In this document: piece after piece, positions 54,116-62,897 of the stretch
How the letters are laid out: every line of letters begins with the position of its first letter
How positions within the stretch are numbered: the stretch's first letter is position 1
Virus record (IMG/VR): IMGVR_UViG_3300047315_000823
DNA: 64,000 nucleotides
Direction: 5' to 3' (one strand)
Origin: a virus
Translations under genes and position numbers: made by a program
Notes under the pieces: model-generated
The model's database searches: none
Told to the model about the DNA's origin: nothing
Seen by the model: the letters and a program-made list of their open reading frames with translations, nothing else

Positions 54116-54572
54116 CGGGCACGGCCCTCAAGCGGGCCCGCGCCGACTTCGGAGCGAGTTGCGCCGCCGCTGCACCCTTCGCCGGCTGTGCCGACTCCTC
54201 AGCGCGGTCCACCCGCCACCGGTTCGCCCGCATCCCCGGCGTCGTCAGCCCCAGCGAGTCCGCCATCTGCCGGACCAGCGTCGACAGATTCACCCGGGAG
54301 TCCATCAGCTCCGCCTCGGAGAACCGGCGCACGTACAGCGCCACCTCGAACTCCTGACCATACCGCTCCCACATGATCGCCTGCGGCTTCCGCCACAAGG
54401 AATCCCACAAGTCGGCCTCGCGGATCGTCTGCTCGGTCAGCGGCCACTCGGGCGTTGCGCCCTGTCGGCCCTCTGCGGGCAGGATCGTCCACTCGCCGGC
54501 ATCCCGGTCACGCCGCAGCGCCGTCGGGTCGGGGGCGGGACCGGAGCGTGCTCGTGCTCCACCGCTAGGCAT
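54102..54572 (-). CDS. terS: Terminase small subunit
   Basis: MPSGGARARSGPAPDP, LWRKPQA..W, ADSLGLTTPGMRANRW. Confidence 0.85.
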   Translation of the reverse strand: MPSGGARARSGPAPDPTALRRDRDAGEWTILPAEGRQGATPEWPLTEQTIREADLWDSLWRKPQAIMWERYGQEFEVALYVRRFSEAELMDSRVNLSTLVRQMADSLGLTTPGMRANRWRVDRAEESAQPAKGAAAAQLAPKSARARLRAVPDGSS

Positions 54573-54780
54573 GCGACACCCGCTGCGCCGCAAGAACGAT
54601 GTTCGTGACGATGACCGCGTCGAGAGCCACCAAAACGGCAGCGGCACCGCGCCCGATCGACTCCAGCGGCTTATCAACCATCACGATCACAAACAGCGCT
54701 TCGAAAACGAACCGCACCACGAGGGCATAGAGGAACCACTGCATGAGGTACTCCCTGAGTCGCGCCGTTGCGGCGCTCAT
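54565..54780 (-). CDS. Small two-TM membrane protein
   Basis: Two hydrophobic segments in 71 aa. Confidence 0.5.
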   Translation of the reverse strand: MSAATARLREYLMQWFLYALVVRFVFEALFVIVMVDKPLESIGRGAAAVLVALDAVIVTNIVLAAQRVSHA

Positions 54781-54983
54781 CTCCAGCTGGCATTGCGCAC
54801 AGCCGGCTGTACATGGCGAAGCCCCCGACGATGCGGGGGCTCCAGGGGTCGTGCATCAGGCGGCGGCACGGGCAGGGCGTGTACGCCTGCGCCGTCCGGA
54901 CACTGCATCGGCACTTCCGTACCGCCGCCAGTCCTTGGGTTACGGCCGCCGCTCCTCGTGGTAGGGGCATAACGGCAAGGCTG

Positions 54984-55388
54984 TCAGCCGGATCCCGGCC
55001 AATGCGCCCGCCAACCCGGCCGATCGCGGTAGGGCTCGGTCATGCGCCTGAGCATGGACCAGGCAACACCGCGCGGGATGCCCGACTCAGCGCCGGTCAG
55101 CACTTCGAGGAACCACCGCTTCGCTTCGATCTCCCGCAGCACCCGAGCCGGATCATGCGCAGCGATATGCGCCGCCAGTTCGGTCCCCTCCACGCCGAGG
55201 CCGCGCCAGTGCTTGTCCCGCTCGTAGGGAGTGTGGAACTCGGGCGGCCACATGCAGACCATCTCCGCGTCCGTCCACTCCGGATCATCCCCAGGACCCT
55301 GGTGCCAGTCGTGAGGGACGCGCACGGCCCGCGTGATCCGTTCGTCCTCGTCGAGCTGCTCGCCGAGCCACCGCACCAAGTCATCCAT
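54984..55388 (-). CDS. DUF6221-like protein
   Basis: DLVRWL..QLDEDE, HIAAHDPARVLREIEAKR, PYRDRPGW. Confidence 0.75.
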   Translation of the reverse strand: MDDLVRWLGEQLDEDERITRAVRVPHDWHQGPGDDPEWTDAEMVCMWPPEFHTPYERDKHWRGLGVEGTELAAHIAAHDPARVLREIEAKRWFLEVLTGAESGIPRGVAWSMLRRMTEPYRDRPGWRAHWPGSG

Positions 55389-55411
55389 GCCGGCATCCTC
55401 CCGCACGATGC

Positions 55412-56104
55412 TTAGCCGATCAGCATCAGTTGTTCGCCGCCGCCACGGTTGTTCTTCGCCGTGTTGCACCCAAGGTGGGCCAGGGCGACGTTCGCGGGAT
55501 CGTGTGCGCCGCCCTTCGAGAGCGGCACCACGTGATCCAGACTCGGGCTCTTCGGGTCCGGCCACTTCACCGCCGGATTCACAACCTTCTTGCAGAGGGA
55601 ACAACGCCAACGGTCCCGCTCCGCTATCTCCGCGAACAGCACGGGTTCACCAGTCGCCGTGGCCTTCTTCAAGGCCCGGCGGCGGTGGTAGTTGTCGCGG
55701 CGCTTGTCGTTCCACACCGAGGACTTCTGGCGACCGTCAGCGCGTGACTCGCGGTTGTACAGCAGCTTCCCGTGCTTCTCCGAGCAACAGCGCTGACCTT
55801 CCTTCTTGGGCTGGAAGGTGGCACCGCACTCCGGGAGGGCGCAAATCGCGGGCGGCAGAGGAGCGCTTCGCCGAGTTCCGTGGACAGCCTCTCGGCACTC
55901 CTTGGCACACCACTTAGCTTGACCCGGCCGGGAGGTGATGTCAGCTCCGCACCCCGCGCAGGCTCGCTGGGCCGGTCGCACTTCTCCGGGGTGCAGTAGT
56001 GCCCATCGACGGCAGGCGCTGCTGCACCAAACACGGGGGTGGCGCTCGCGCGCTCCGATGGGAAATGGCTGCTGACAGCCGGGGCAGAGGCGGGAGTTGG
56101 TCAC
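55412..56104 (-). CDS. HNH endonuclease with N-terminal Zn-finger repeats
   Basis: Three C..C...CS..C units; SLDHVVPLSKGGAH...NVALAHLGCN..K. Confidence 0.88.
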   Translation of the reverse strand: MTNSRLCPGCQQPFPIGARERHPRVWCSSACRRWALLHPGEVRPAQRACAGCGADITSRPGQAKWCAKECREAVHGTRRSAPLPPAICALPECGATFQPKKEGQRCCSEKHGKLLYNRESRADGRQKSSVWNDKRRDNYHRRRALKKATATGEPVLFAEIAERDRWRCSLCKKVVNPAVKWPDPKSPSLDHVVPLSKGGAHDPANVALAHLGCNTAKNNRGGGEQLMLIG

Positions 56105-56309
56105 GTCTACTCAACGCTGAGGACCGGTCAACTGTTCCCGGCATCGTCCGCGGCTGTCACAATGCGTGACTGATGATCATGGAGAAGTTGATCGCCGGAA
56201 GTTTTGAATTTGACGGACACCCTCTACACCTCCCCGGCGGTCCGGAGCAAGATCGTCTGGACCCTTCGGGGGGTGGGGTTGATCATGGCCCGGTCACCAA
56301 GGGTGACGA

Positions 56310-56570
56310 TCAGTCTTCGTCGGTCGCATCCTGTAGGGAGCCGGCCTCGAGGGTCTCGGCCACGCGGAGCATGCCGACGCGTTCGATCCAGCCGATGCCC
56401 TGGTGGGTGAGGCTGAGTCTGGTCTCGCCGTTGGTCTGGACGACCTTGAGGAGGACGACGGCGCCGGCTACGAGCTCGCCGGGTTCGACGGTGGCTTCGA
56501 TGCCGAGGCTGTCGAGGACGTCGCCGATGGGTCGTGTGGTCGTGCCTGCGTTGTCATCCCATCCGCTCAC
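56310..56570 (-). CDS. Hypothetical protein
   Basis: GTGA overlap with the HNH gene; IGDVLDSLGI...WIERVGML. Confidence 0.65.
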   Translation of the reverse strand: MSGWDDNAGTTTRPIGDVLDSLGIEATVEPGELVAGAVVLLKVVQTNGETRLSLTHQGIGWIERVGMLRVAETLEAGSLQDATDED

Positions 56571-56950
56571 GTGTTCCACCCTCCTGGCTGCTCGCGTGCT
56601 GTGCTGCTGCTGTGGCACGGGCCGCACAGGCCGCGGCCGTTGGCCGGGTCGTCGGGGTCCTTGCCTTGCGCTTCGAGGTCGCGTCTGCTGAGTGGCCAGT
56701 GGTCTGCGTGTACGGATCGTTGGCCGCATGGTGTGCCGTGTCCGTGACCTTGCTCGGAACAGACGCACGTCGGGTTGCGGGTCAGCACGCCGGGGCGGAA
56801 GCGTTGCTCGTGCTGTTTGCCGTAGCCGCGCTGCCGTGCGCTGCCCCGTCGCTGCTCGGCCTCGGAGCGGCAGCCTTCGCACTTCCCGCCTTGGCTGAAC
56901 TCTGGGCAGCCTGGCGTTGAGCAGATCCGCCAGCCAGTTCGTCTGGGCAT
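56567..56950 (-). CDS. Packaging-associated HNH endonuclease
   Basis: CSTPGCP, SARQRGYG, VHADH, NGRGLCGPCHS. Confidence 0.85.
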   Translation of the reverse strand: MPRRTGWRICSTPGCPEFSQGGKCEGCRSEAEQRRGSARQRGYGKQHEQRFRPGVLTRNPTCVCSEQGHGHGTPCGQRSVHADHWPLSRRDLEAQGKDPDDPANGRGLCGPCHSSSTAREQPGGWNT

Positions 56951-56963
56951 GGCGGCCTCCGCT

Positions 56964-57248
56964 CTACGTCTTGATCCATTCACCTGTGCCGTCTTGCCTC
57001 ATGCTGCAGCCGCATCGTGCGCACATGCCGCTGTGTCCAACCTGGGCGAAGGGTGTGGTGGCGACGGGCTGGTGCGCTGTGCAGTTCGCCAGCGCGTTGC
57101 GGAGCGCGATGGTCACCGCTGCTGCGGTACCGGGTTCGGGTTGAACGCCGAAGAGGTCGTGTTCAAGGACAGCGATCGCTGTGTAGTTCGGGCGCGGATG
57201 AGGTGTGGGTGGCGGCTCAGCGATCCGACGTCGAAGTCTCAGGATCAC
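56964..57248 (-). CDS. Hypothetical protein
   Basis: 94 aa, CARCG. Confidence 0.45.
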   Translation of the reverse strand: MILRLRRRIAEPPPTPHPRPNYTAIAVLEHDLFGVQPEPGTAAAVTIALRNALANCTAHQPVATTPFAQVGHSGMCARCGCSMRQDGTGEWIKT

Positions 57249-57271
57249 GTCATCGCCTCTCCGGTCGCCAG

Positions 57272-57499
57272 CTAGTCAGCGGTCTCCCGCCAGTGCCAGG
57301 AGCCACCGACGGTCCCACTCTCGTCGTGCGTGATCTCCTGGTTGAAGAACATGCCGGTCGGGTTGAGGACAGCAAGTCCAACAAGGTCAGGGTTGATGAC
57401 CTCGGTGACGATCGCGGCCCGACACTGTGAGGTGTACTCGCCGCCTGGCGTCCCGTAGCTCACGTAGTGAACGATGTCGCCGACGCTGGGGATGGTCAT
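57272..57499 (-). CDS. Small conserved phage protein (paralogue 1)
   Basis: PSVGDIVHYVSYGTPGGEY..CRAAIVT...LAVLNPTGMFFN. Confidence 0.75.
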   Translation of the reverse strand: MTIPSVGDIVHYVSYGTPGGEYTSQCRAAIVTEVINPDLVGLAVLNPTGMFFNQEITHDESGTVGGSWHWRETAD

Positions 57500-57588
57500 G
57501 GTTCTCGGCTCCGTTCGCGGGATTCTCGGCTGGTCACGATCTGGTCGACGCCGTGTACGTGGCGTGTGCGGCCTGTCATCATCCCGGC

Positions 57589-58089
57589 ATGTCTGAGCTG
57601 ACCGAAGAGTCCATCGTGCCGCCGCTGCCCGAGAATCCGCCCGCGCCGGTGAGGGAGCGTCGTTGGCCTCACCCGCTGGTAACTGGGCTTGTCGGCCTGG
57701 CGGTTGGTGCTGGCGTGGTGGGTCTGGTGTGGGGGTTGTCGAGCGGCGGGTCGGATGCGCCGGCGACGTTCACGTTGCGCGGGTCGATGACGTTGACGGG
57801 TGACAACGTGCCGTCTGGTGATACGAGCGAGGACTGCACCGGGTACAGCGGTTACGACGACATCGCCAGGGGTGCGAGTGTGACGGTGTACGACTCGGCG
57901 GGGAAGGTCGTGGCGACGGGGGCGCTCGGTACGGGGAAGCCGAAGTCGGCGGCGTGCGTGTTTCGGGTGTCCGTGCCTGGCGTCCCGGAGGGTTCGAAGT
58001 TCTACCAGGTCGAGGTCAGTCACCGAGGGAAGATCACAGTGTCATCGGCGGAGGCCAAGGACGGCGGGTTCGCTGCTTCGCTGGGCTAG
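57589..58089 (+). CDS. Membrane-anchored extracytoplasmic protein (moron)
   Basis: One TM, CTGYSGYDDI..GA.VTVYD..G, FYQVEVSHRG; CATCAT 6 nt before the ATG. Confidence 0.75.
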   Translation: MSELTEESIVPPLPENPPAPVRERRWPHPLVTGLVGLAVGAGVVGLVWGLSSGGSDAPATFTLRGSMTLTGDNVPSGDTSEDCTGYSGYDDIARGASVTVYDSAGKVVATGALGTGKPKSAACVFRVSVPGVPEGSKFYQVEVSHRGKITVSSAEAKDGGFAASLG

Positions 58090-58096
58090 GAGTTCG

Positions 58097-58435
58097 TCAG
58101 CCGGTTCGCTCGGGCCAGTGCCAGGTGCCTCCGACGTGCGAGGCTTCAATCCATCCGCATGTGCAGTAGCGGAACGGGGCGCCGTGCGCGCTGGTCTGGG
58201 GGCAGCCGGGTTCTCCTGGCGTCGCGCCTCCGTCGTTGTACTGGACGGCCGGGTTGAAGAACATCCCCGTCGGGTTGAGCACGGCGAGCCCTACTTGGTC
58301 AGGGTGATCGGGGTTGCTGGTCAGTTCCGTGATGATGGCTGCGCGGCATTCCTTGCCGTACTCGCCGCCTGGGGTGCCGTAGGACACGTAGTGGACGATG
58401 CGGCCGATGCTGGGCTGTTGCTGGGTGTTGCTCAC
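58097..58435 (-). CDS. Small conserved phage protein (paralogue 2)
   Basis: PSIGRIVHYVSYGTPGGEY..CRAAIIT...LAVLNPTGMFFN plus a Cys-containing insert. Confidence 0.75.
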   Translation of the reverse strand: MSNTQQQPSIGRIVHYVSYGTPGGEYGKECRAAIITELTSNPDHPDQVGLAVLNPTGMFFNPAVQYNDGGATPGEPGCPQTSAHGAPFRYCTCGWIEASHVGGTWHWPERTG

Positions 58436-58467
58436 GCGTTCTCTCCGGGCTCGTGCTGGTCTGGCGG

Positions 58468-58767
58468 TCAGCTGACGTTGAGGTACCCGGACAGGCGGAC
58501 GATGTTCTCCGAGCCGGGCGGGTCGAAGCTGACGTAGACCCGGTAGTCGCCTGCGGTGAGGGCGAGTGCTCCGCCGTCGGGGCCGATGAGGAGTCGGGCC
58601 TCGGTGCCGTTGGCCCAGTCGCCTGTCTGCCAGTCGCCGGGTGCCGGGTTGGCGCGGCTGGAGACGGGGAGGATGGCGAGCTTGGGTGGGGTGCCGGTGA
58701 TGTCGACGCCGACTGGCACGGTGACGGGGACGTGGACGTACTCGGTGGAGGTGGCGGGGATCAGCAT
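58468..58767 (-). CDS. Small beta-sandwich virion protein (BppU-N-like)
   Basis: W..GDW, RLLIGP, LTAGDYRVYV. Confidence 0.65.
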   Translation of the reverse strand: MLIPATSTEYVHVPVTVPVGVDITGTPPKLAILPVSSRANPAPGDWQTGDWANGTEARLLIGPDGGALALTAGDYRVYVSFDPPGSENIVRLSGYLNVS

Positions 58768-60080
58768 GGTGCGCCTACCTCCCAGTCGGTGGTCTGGGGT
58801 GTCTGCACGGTCCAGGCGGGGATGTAGGGCGGGCCTGCTGCCCACGGCGTGTAGGGGGCGCCGATGGTGACGTCGATGTCGTCGTGGGTGCCGAGGATCG
58901 TTCCGCTGGCCGTGAGTACCGCGGTGAGGGCGAGTGTTGCGGCACCCGCGGATGCCAGGGTCCCTGTTGCCGTGAGCGCTGCCGTGGCACCGAGTGAGGC
59001 GGTTGCGGTCGTTGAGCGCTGACCGGCTGCCGTCAGGGCGGCCGTCGCGGTCAGGCTGGCGTTGCCGAGTACGGGCGGCGTGCCCGTTTCTCCGTCGGCT
59101 GTGAGGGTGGCGGTGACGGCCAGGGTTGCGTCTCCGCTGTGGCTGATCTGCCCTTGCGCGGTCAGGTCTGCGGTGGCTGCGAGAGCCGCGCCTGTAGCGG
59201 TGGTCCGTTGGCCGTCTGCTGTGAGGGTCGCGGTTGCCGCGAGCGTGGCGTCTCGTGCGCCGGATACGACGCCGTCTGCGGTGAGTGCGGCCGATGCGGT
59301 GAGGCTGGCGGATCCGGTTGTGGTCCGGGTGCCGTCGGCGGTGAGCCCGGCCGTGGCGGTCAGGTTCGCGCTGCTGCTGGTGGCGCGTAGTCCGCTGGCG
59401 GTGAGGCCGGCTGTGGCGGTCAGCGCTGCATCGCCCGTGGTGCTGCGGAGGCCGGACGCGGACAGGGTCGCTGTCGCGGCCAGGGTGGAGGATCCTGCCG
59501 TCGCCCGCAGGCCGGTAGCGGACAGGGTGGCGGTACCCGAGAGGGCTGCGTCGCCGGTGACGCCGCTGGTGACGTCTGCCGCGCTGAAATCATCGAAGCG
59601 GAGCGAGTTGGTGGATTCGGCGCGGAGTCCGACGCTGGTGCCGGTGGTGACGGCGGTGTCGGTGACGGTGACGCGGGCGATTCCGTTGACGAAGCCCTTG
59701 ATCGTAGAGCCGACTGCTTGCACCTTCACGACGTCGCCTGCGACGGCTGCTGCCGCGAAGGAGCCGATCGATGTGAAGCTACCGCCGACGACCGAGAACA
59801 AGGTCCAGCTGCTGCCGTCGTTGCGCCAGAGATAGCCCTGCGTAAAGCCCGTATTGCCCCTGGCCCAGATACCGTGGCTGACGGCTGCGGTGGCGGCGAT
59901 CGTAACCTGTGCCGAGTTGTCGTTCGTGGCCATCGCGGTGGCGGCGCGGATGACGATTGTTCCGCCGGCGGCCCCCGACGAGAGCTGGTTGGAGACGATG
60001 GTCCAGAGGCCGGTCCCGTCGACCCAGTTGGCTCCGGGGGCGCCGTTGGATCGGTTGAAGTCGTCGGTGAAGGTCGTCAC
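58761..60080 (-). CDS. Fibre-like virion protein with 11 x 20-aa repeats
   Basis: TDDFNRS...FDDF lectin-like N-domain followed by A.L.ATA.LTA.G repeats. Confidence 0.75.
   Translation of the reverse strand: MTTFTDDFNRSNGAPGANWVDGTGLWTIVSNQLSSGAAGGTIVIRAATAMATNDNSAQVTIAATAAVSHGIWARGNTGFTQGYLWRNDGSSWTLFSVVGGSFTSIGSFAAAAVAGDVVKVQAVGSTIKGFVNGIARVTVTDTAVTTGTSVGLRAESTNSLRFDDFSAADVTSGVTGDAALSGTATLSATGLRATAGSSTLAATATLSASGLRSTTGDAALTATAGLTASGLRATSSSANLTATAGLTADGTRTTTGSASLTASAALTADGVVSGARDATLAATATLTADGQRTTATGAALAATADLTAQGQISHSGDATLAVTATLTADGETGTPPVLGNASLTATAALTAAGQRSTTATASLGATAALTATGTLASAGAATLALTAVLTASGTILGTHDDIDVTIGAPYTPWAAGPPYIPAWTVQTPQTTDWEVGAPC
58891..59555 (-). repeat. About 11 imperfect 60-bp coding repeats
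   Basis: For example GDAALSGTATLSATGLRAT / GDAALTATAGLTASGLRAT. Confidence 0.8.
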
Positions 60081-60108
60081 GGCGGCCTCCCGCTCCTACC
60101 GCTGGGCG

Positions 60109-60516
60109 TTACGCGGCCTGGACCCCGAGCGACAGTCCGAGCGTGTTCTGGTTGTACTGGTCCCCCGACGCCCAGGCCTTCGATGCCGTAAGCGCCACCG
60201 AGAACAGGAACGTGCCAGCCGTCGACGCCGTCCACACCGAGATGTGGGTGAGCGTTTCGCTGGTGCCGCCGTTCGTCCATGCCGATGGTGCAGTGCCAAG
60301 CGCCAGCGCCGATCCCGACGAGGAGCTGGAGAAGATGAAGCTGTTCCGCGTGGTGGATCCGGCGCTGATGTTGGAGGTGCCGGCTGCGCCGGGGTCGCCC
60401 ACGTGGAGCTGGATGTAGGTGCCGGCGACGGCGCTGTAGGCGGCGCCACCGTTGCCGGTAGTGCGGAGGGCGTTCAGGAGGCCGGAGACGAGGCTGGGGG
60501 CGAGTCCTGCGGTCAC
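60109..60516 (-). CDS. Phage fibre-base / structural protein
   Basis: YIQLHVGDPG, TLTHISVW..STAGTFL. Confidence 0.65.
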   Translation of the reverse strand: MTAGLAPSLVSGLLNALRTTGNGGAAYSAVAGTYIQLHVGDPGAAGTSNISAGSTTRNSFIFSSSSSGSALALGTAPSAWTNGGTSETLTHISVWTASTAGTFLFSVALTASKAWASGDQYNQNTLGLSLGVQAA

Positions 60517-60617
60517 TGCTCGGCCTCCTCAGCCTCGGGTTCTACAGCGTTGGTCTCGGGTTGGGCGGGGGTGACCTCGCCGGAGGCCTCCAGCCGCAGC
60601 ACGTACTCGTCGGGCAT
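60513..60617 (-). CDS. 34-aa acidic peptide
   Basis: GGAGG RBS, MPDEYVLRLEASGEVTPA...; GTGA overlap with the next gene. Confidence 0.55.
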   Translation of the reverse strand: MPDEYVLRLEASGEVTPAQPETNAVEPEAEEAEQ

Positions 60618-60649
60618 GGGTGCCTCCTGTGGTGTGTCCCGCGCCGGGT

Positions 60650-60871
60650 CTACGCCGCGCCGCTGGTCGTGGGCTCGGGCGTGCTGGGCGCGGCCGTCGG
60701 CGTGACGCTCGGGGCCGGGGCCGGCGCAGGTGAAGTGGGCGGCCTACTGCTGGGCGACTTGGTCGGCGTCGACGTGACGGTGGGTGCCGGGCTGGGGTTG
60801 TCGTGTGTGCAGGCGACGGGCCCGGCGAGGAAGACGGCGACGAATACGGCGGTGATGACGGTGCGTCGCAC
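60650..60871 (-). CDS. Small Pro/Thr-rich lipoprotein
   Basis: MRR plus hydrophobic core plus PVAC lipobox-like motif. Confidence 0.6.
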   Translation of the reverse strand: MRRTVITAVFVAVFLAGPVACTHDNPSPAPTVTSTPTKSPSSRPPTSPAPAPAPSVTPTAAPSTPEPTTSGAA

Positions 60872-61063
60872 GGGTCTCCTCGGGTTGGCTGTCCCGCCGA
60901 CCGCAACAGGGGCGCCCGGTCGGCAGGACTTCGGGGCGCTGAGCAGACGCCCCGGACTTGGGGGTTGTGCGTCCGCCCGGTCCCCCTCAGGACCGGGCGG
61001 ACGGTGGGGCCGAGCGCTGGGCGCTTCGAGGCCCTCCCTGCGTCGACCACCCGCGCAGGGGGC

Positions 61064-61306
61064 TTAGGCGGCCAGTAAGCCGGTCTCGATGATCTCGGGG
61101 GTGGGTCCGGGTGTGATCAGTTCGCGGGTGTCGGGGTCCCGCTTCGCTTCGGGGAGTTCGGCGAGGTCGTAGAGGACGCCGTTGCGGCGCCGGGCGCGGT
61201 CCTGGTGGCGGGTGAGGCGACCTTCGGCTGCCCAGCGGCGGATGGTGGTTGCAGGTCGTCCGGTCCAGTAGGCCGCGAGGTCTTCCGTGATGAGCTGCTC
61301 GGGCAT
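61064..61306 (-). CDS. HTH DNA-binding protein (late regulator candidate)
   Basis: AAYWTGRPATTIRRWAAEGRL...YDLAEL. Confidence 0.75.
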   Translation of the reverse strand: MPEQLITEDLAAYWTGRPATTIRRWAAEGRLTRHQDRARRRNGVLYDLAELPEAKRDPDTRELITPGPTPEIIETGLLAA

Positions 61307-61430
61307 GTGGTCACCCCCGAACATGCGAAAGGGCCACCGGCGGGGTGGCCCTCCAGACACAGCGAGATCGATTGGAGCAGACGATACGCTCAGACCTGAT
61401 CAAACAGCAAGTGATGTTGCCGAAACAGCA

Positions 61431-62042
61431 TCACGGCGCCCACTCCTCGCCCTTGTGATCCGGGTGTCTGGCGAACGGCTGGGCGAGGATCTTGAGCGTG
61501 CGCGGGATGTGTCGGGGCCGCAGCCCGTCGGGTCGTAGACGCCGCCAGTACGACTCTTCCGTGTAGTCCCAGCGCTCCCACCCGTCGCGTCCCGCGTCGA
61601 GGTTTCGTTCCCAGCCGGGTTCGGGGTTTCCGTAGTCGTCGCAGGGCGGGTCGTCGACACCGTCCCACTGCTTCCGCTGCCCAGTGGTGGTGCGGTATTC
61701 CCAGGCTGGGTGGGCGTAGCGGGCGTGGAGTTGGGCGTCTGTCTCGGGTTCACCGGGCTCCTCGGGCGGTTCGATCTCGTCGATAAGGGCGAGCTTGACG
61801 TCGAGGTCGGCGAGCACGGATACGGGAGAGTTGCTGACGACGAACTCTGTGCTGCTGACCTCCCCGTAGCCGTCGAAGATAGGTTCGCCGCGTGAAGTGA
61901 TCACCTGGGCATCGAAGTACTGCTCGGAGAGACGGCGCCAGTCGGGCCGCCACTGCGCAGACCCTGTCTTCTCAGCGACGAGCCGTGCCACGTGGGCTTG
62001 CTGCTTGTACCGGGCCCGCAGGAAGTCGGCGATCTCGCTCAC
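61431..62042 (-). CDS. DUF6221-like protein with insertion
   Basis: IADFLRARY, SP.SVLADLDVK, TLKILAQPFARHPD. Confidence 0.7.
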   Translation of the reverse strand: MSEIADFLRARYKQQAHVARLVAEKTGSAQWRPDWRRLSEQYFDAQVITSRGEPIFDGYGEVSSTEFVVSNSPVSVLADLDVKLALIDEIEPPEEPGEPETDAQLHARYAHPAWEYRTTTGQRKQWDGVDDPPCDDYGNPEPGWERNLDAGRDGWERWDYTEESYWRRLRPDGLRPRHIPRTLKILAQPFARHPDHKGEEWAP

Positions 62043-62359
62043 AGCTGGCACCTCTCGGCCGTGATCTGCTCCGGCACGGGTCCCTCGCCGAAGATCTCCA
62101 GAATCCAGCGGCCCTCATCGCATCGGACCGACGCGCACACGTCGCCGGAACGACCGTCGGGGAGCTCCAGCTTGAGGGTGGGCGTGTTGGGCATGCCGAA
62201 CAGGGGCGGCGGCCAAGCGGTGTGCGGGAGTGCGGCCGTTCCCTCCCATGACCAGAGGAGGGTGCGGAACGGGTCGCATCGTTCGTGGAGGGATACCTCG
62301 GCGAACGCGATTCCGCCGACGGTCGCGGGACCTTGGTAGGAGAACAGGCCAGCGTTCAT
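62039..62359 (-). CDS. Hypothetical protein
   Basis: ATGA/GTGA overlaps; Y.GPATV...LPDGRSG. Confidence 0.6.
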   Translation of the reverse strand: MNAGLFSYQGPATVGGIAFAEVSLHERCDPFRTLLWSWEGTAALPHTAWPPPLFGMPNTPTLKLELPDGRSGDVCASVRCDEGRWILEIFGEGPVPEQITAERCQL

Positions 62360-62697
62360 CGCCCCGCCTCCCTGTCGGGCACGGCACCGTCGGTGATGAG
62401 CGCTGCCAGCACTTCGACAGACGGCGCCATGTCTCCGAGTGCGGCGAGCGTCCGCCTGCGCGTCTCGGCGTACACGTCCACTCGACCTTCGGGCTCACCC
62501 CAGACGATGCGGTTCACCACGCGGCGCCGCGCTTCCTCAGGAACGCCTTCTGCGGCCATGGCCTGCTCCGCAACGTCCAGCAGGCTCCGCATCAGTTCCG
62601 TCTGCGCGTGCTGCACAGGGTCGTTGAGGAGTGCTTCCCGCATGCCTGGCTGCTGGTCGAGGTAGCGGCCGAGGGTGTCGTCCGTGAAGTCGGTCAT
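62356..62697 (-). CDS. Hypothetical protein
   Basis: ATGA overlaps. Confidence 0.6.
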   Translation of the reverse strand: MTDFTDDTLGRYLDQQPGMREALLNDPVQHAQTELMRSLLDVAEQAMAAEGVPEEARRRVVNRIVWGEPEGRVDVYAETRRRTLAALGDMAPSVEVLAALITDGAVPDREAGR

Positions 62698-62897
62698 GCC
62701 GCCATTCCTATCGCGATCCATGTCCACGCGAGGGGTTCGAGGTCGGGGTCGTCGTCGGCGTTGTCGAACCACCAGTCGAGGCATGGCTGACAGAGGCGGA
62801 CGATGTTGCCGTTCCGGCAGATCCATCGGGCGACAGGGGGTCGTTCGTCTCGGCGGCCGTCGCGCCAGATGTGGGAGCAGCAGTCGCAGAGTTTCAC
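62694..62897 (-). CDS. Small Cys-rich protein
   Basis: CDCC...C...CQPCLDWWFDNAD. Confidence 0.55.
   Translation of the reverse strand: MKLCDCCSHIWRDGRRDERPPVARWICRNGNIVRLCQPCLDWWFDNADDDPDLEPLAWTWIAIGMAA

Noticed and set aside
54674-54970. Cys-containing ORF or decayed HNH remnant upstream of terS
   Set aside because: Frames conflict with the neighbouring membrane gene and no complete motif is present; cannot be supported
56173-56410. Plus-strand ORFs beside the HNH gene
   Set aside because: They overlap a better-supported minus-strand gene, have atypical composition and more likely cover a promoter region
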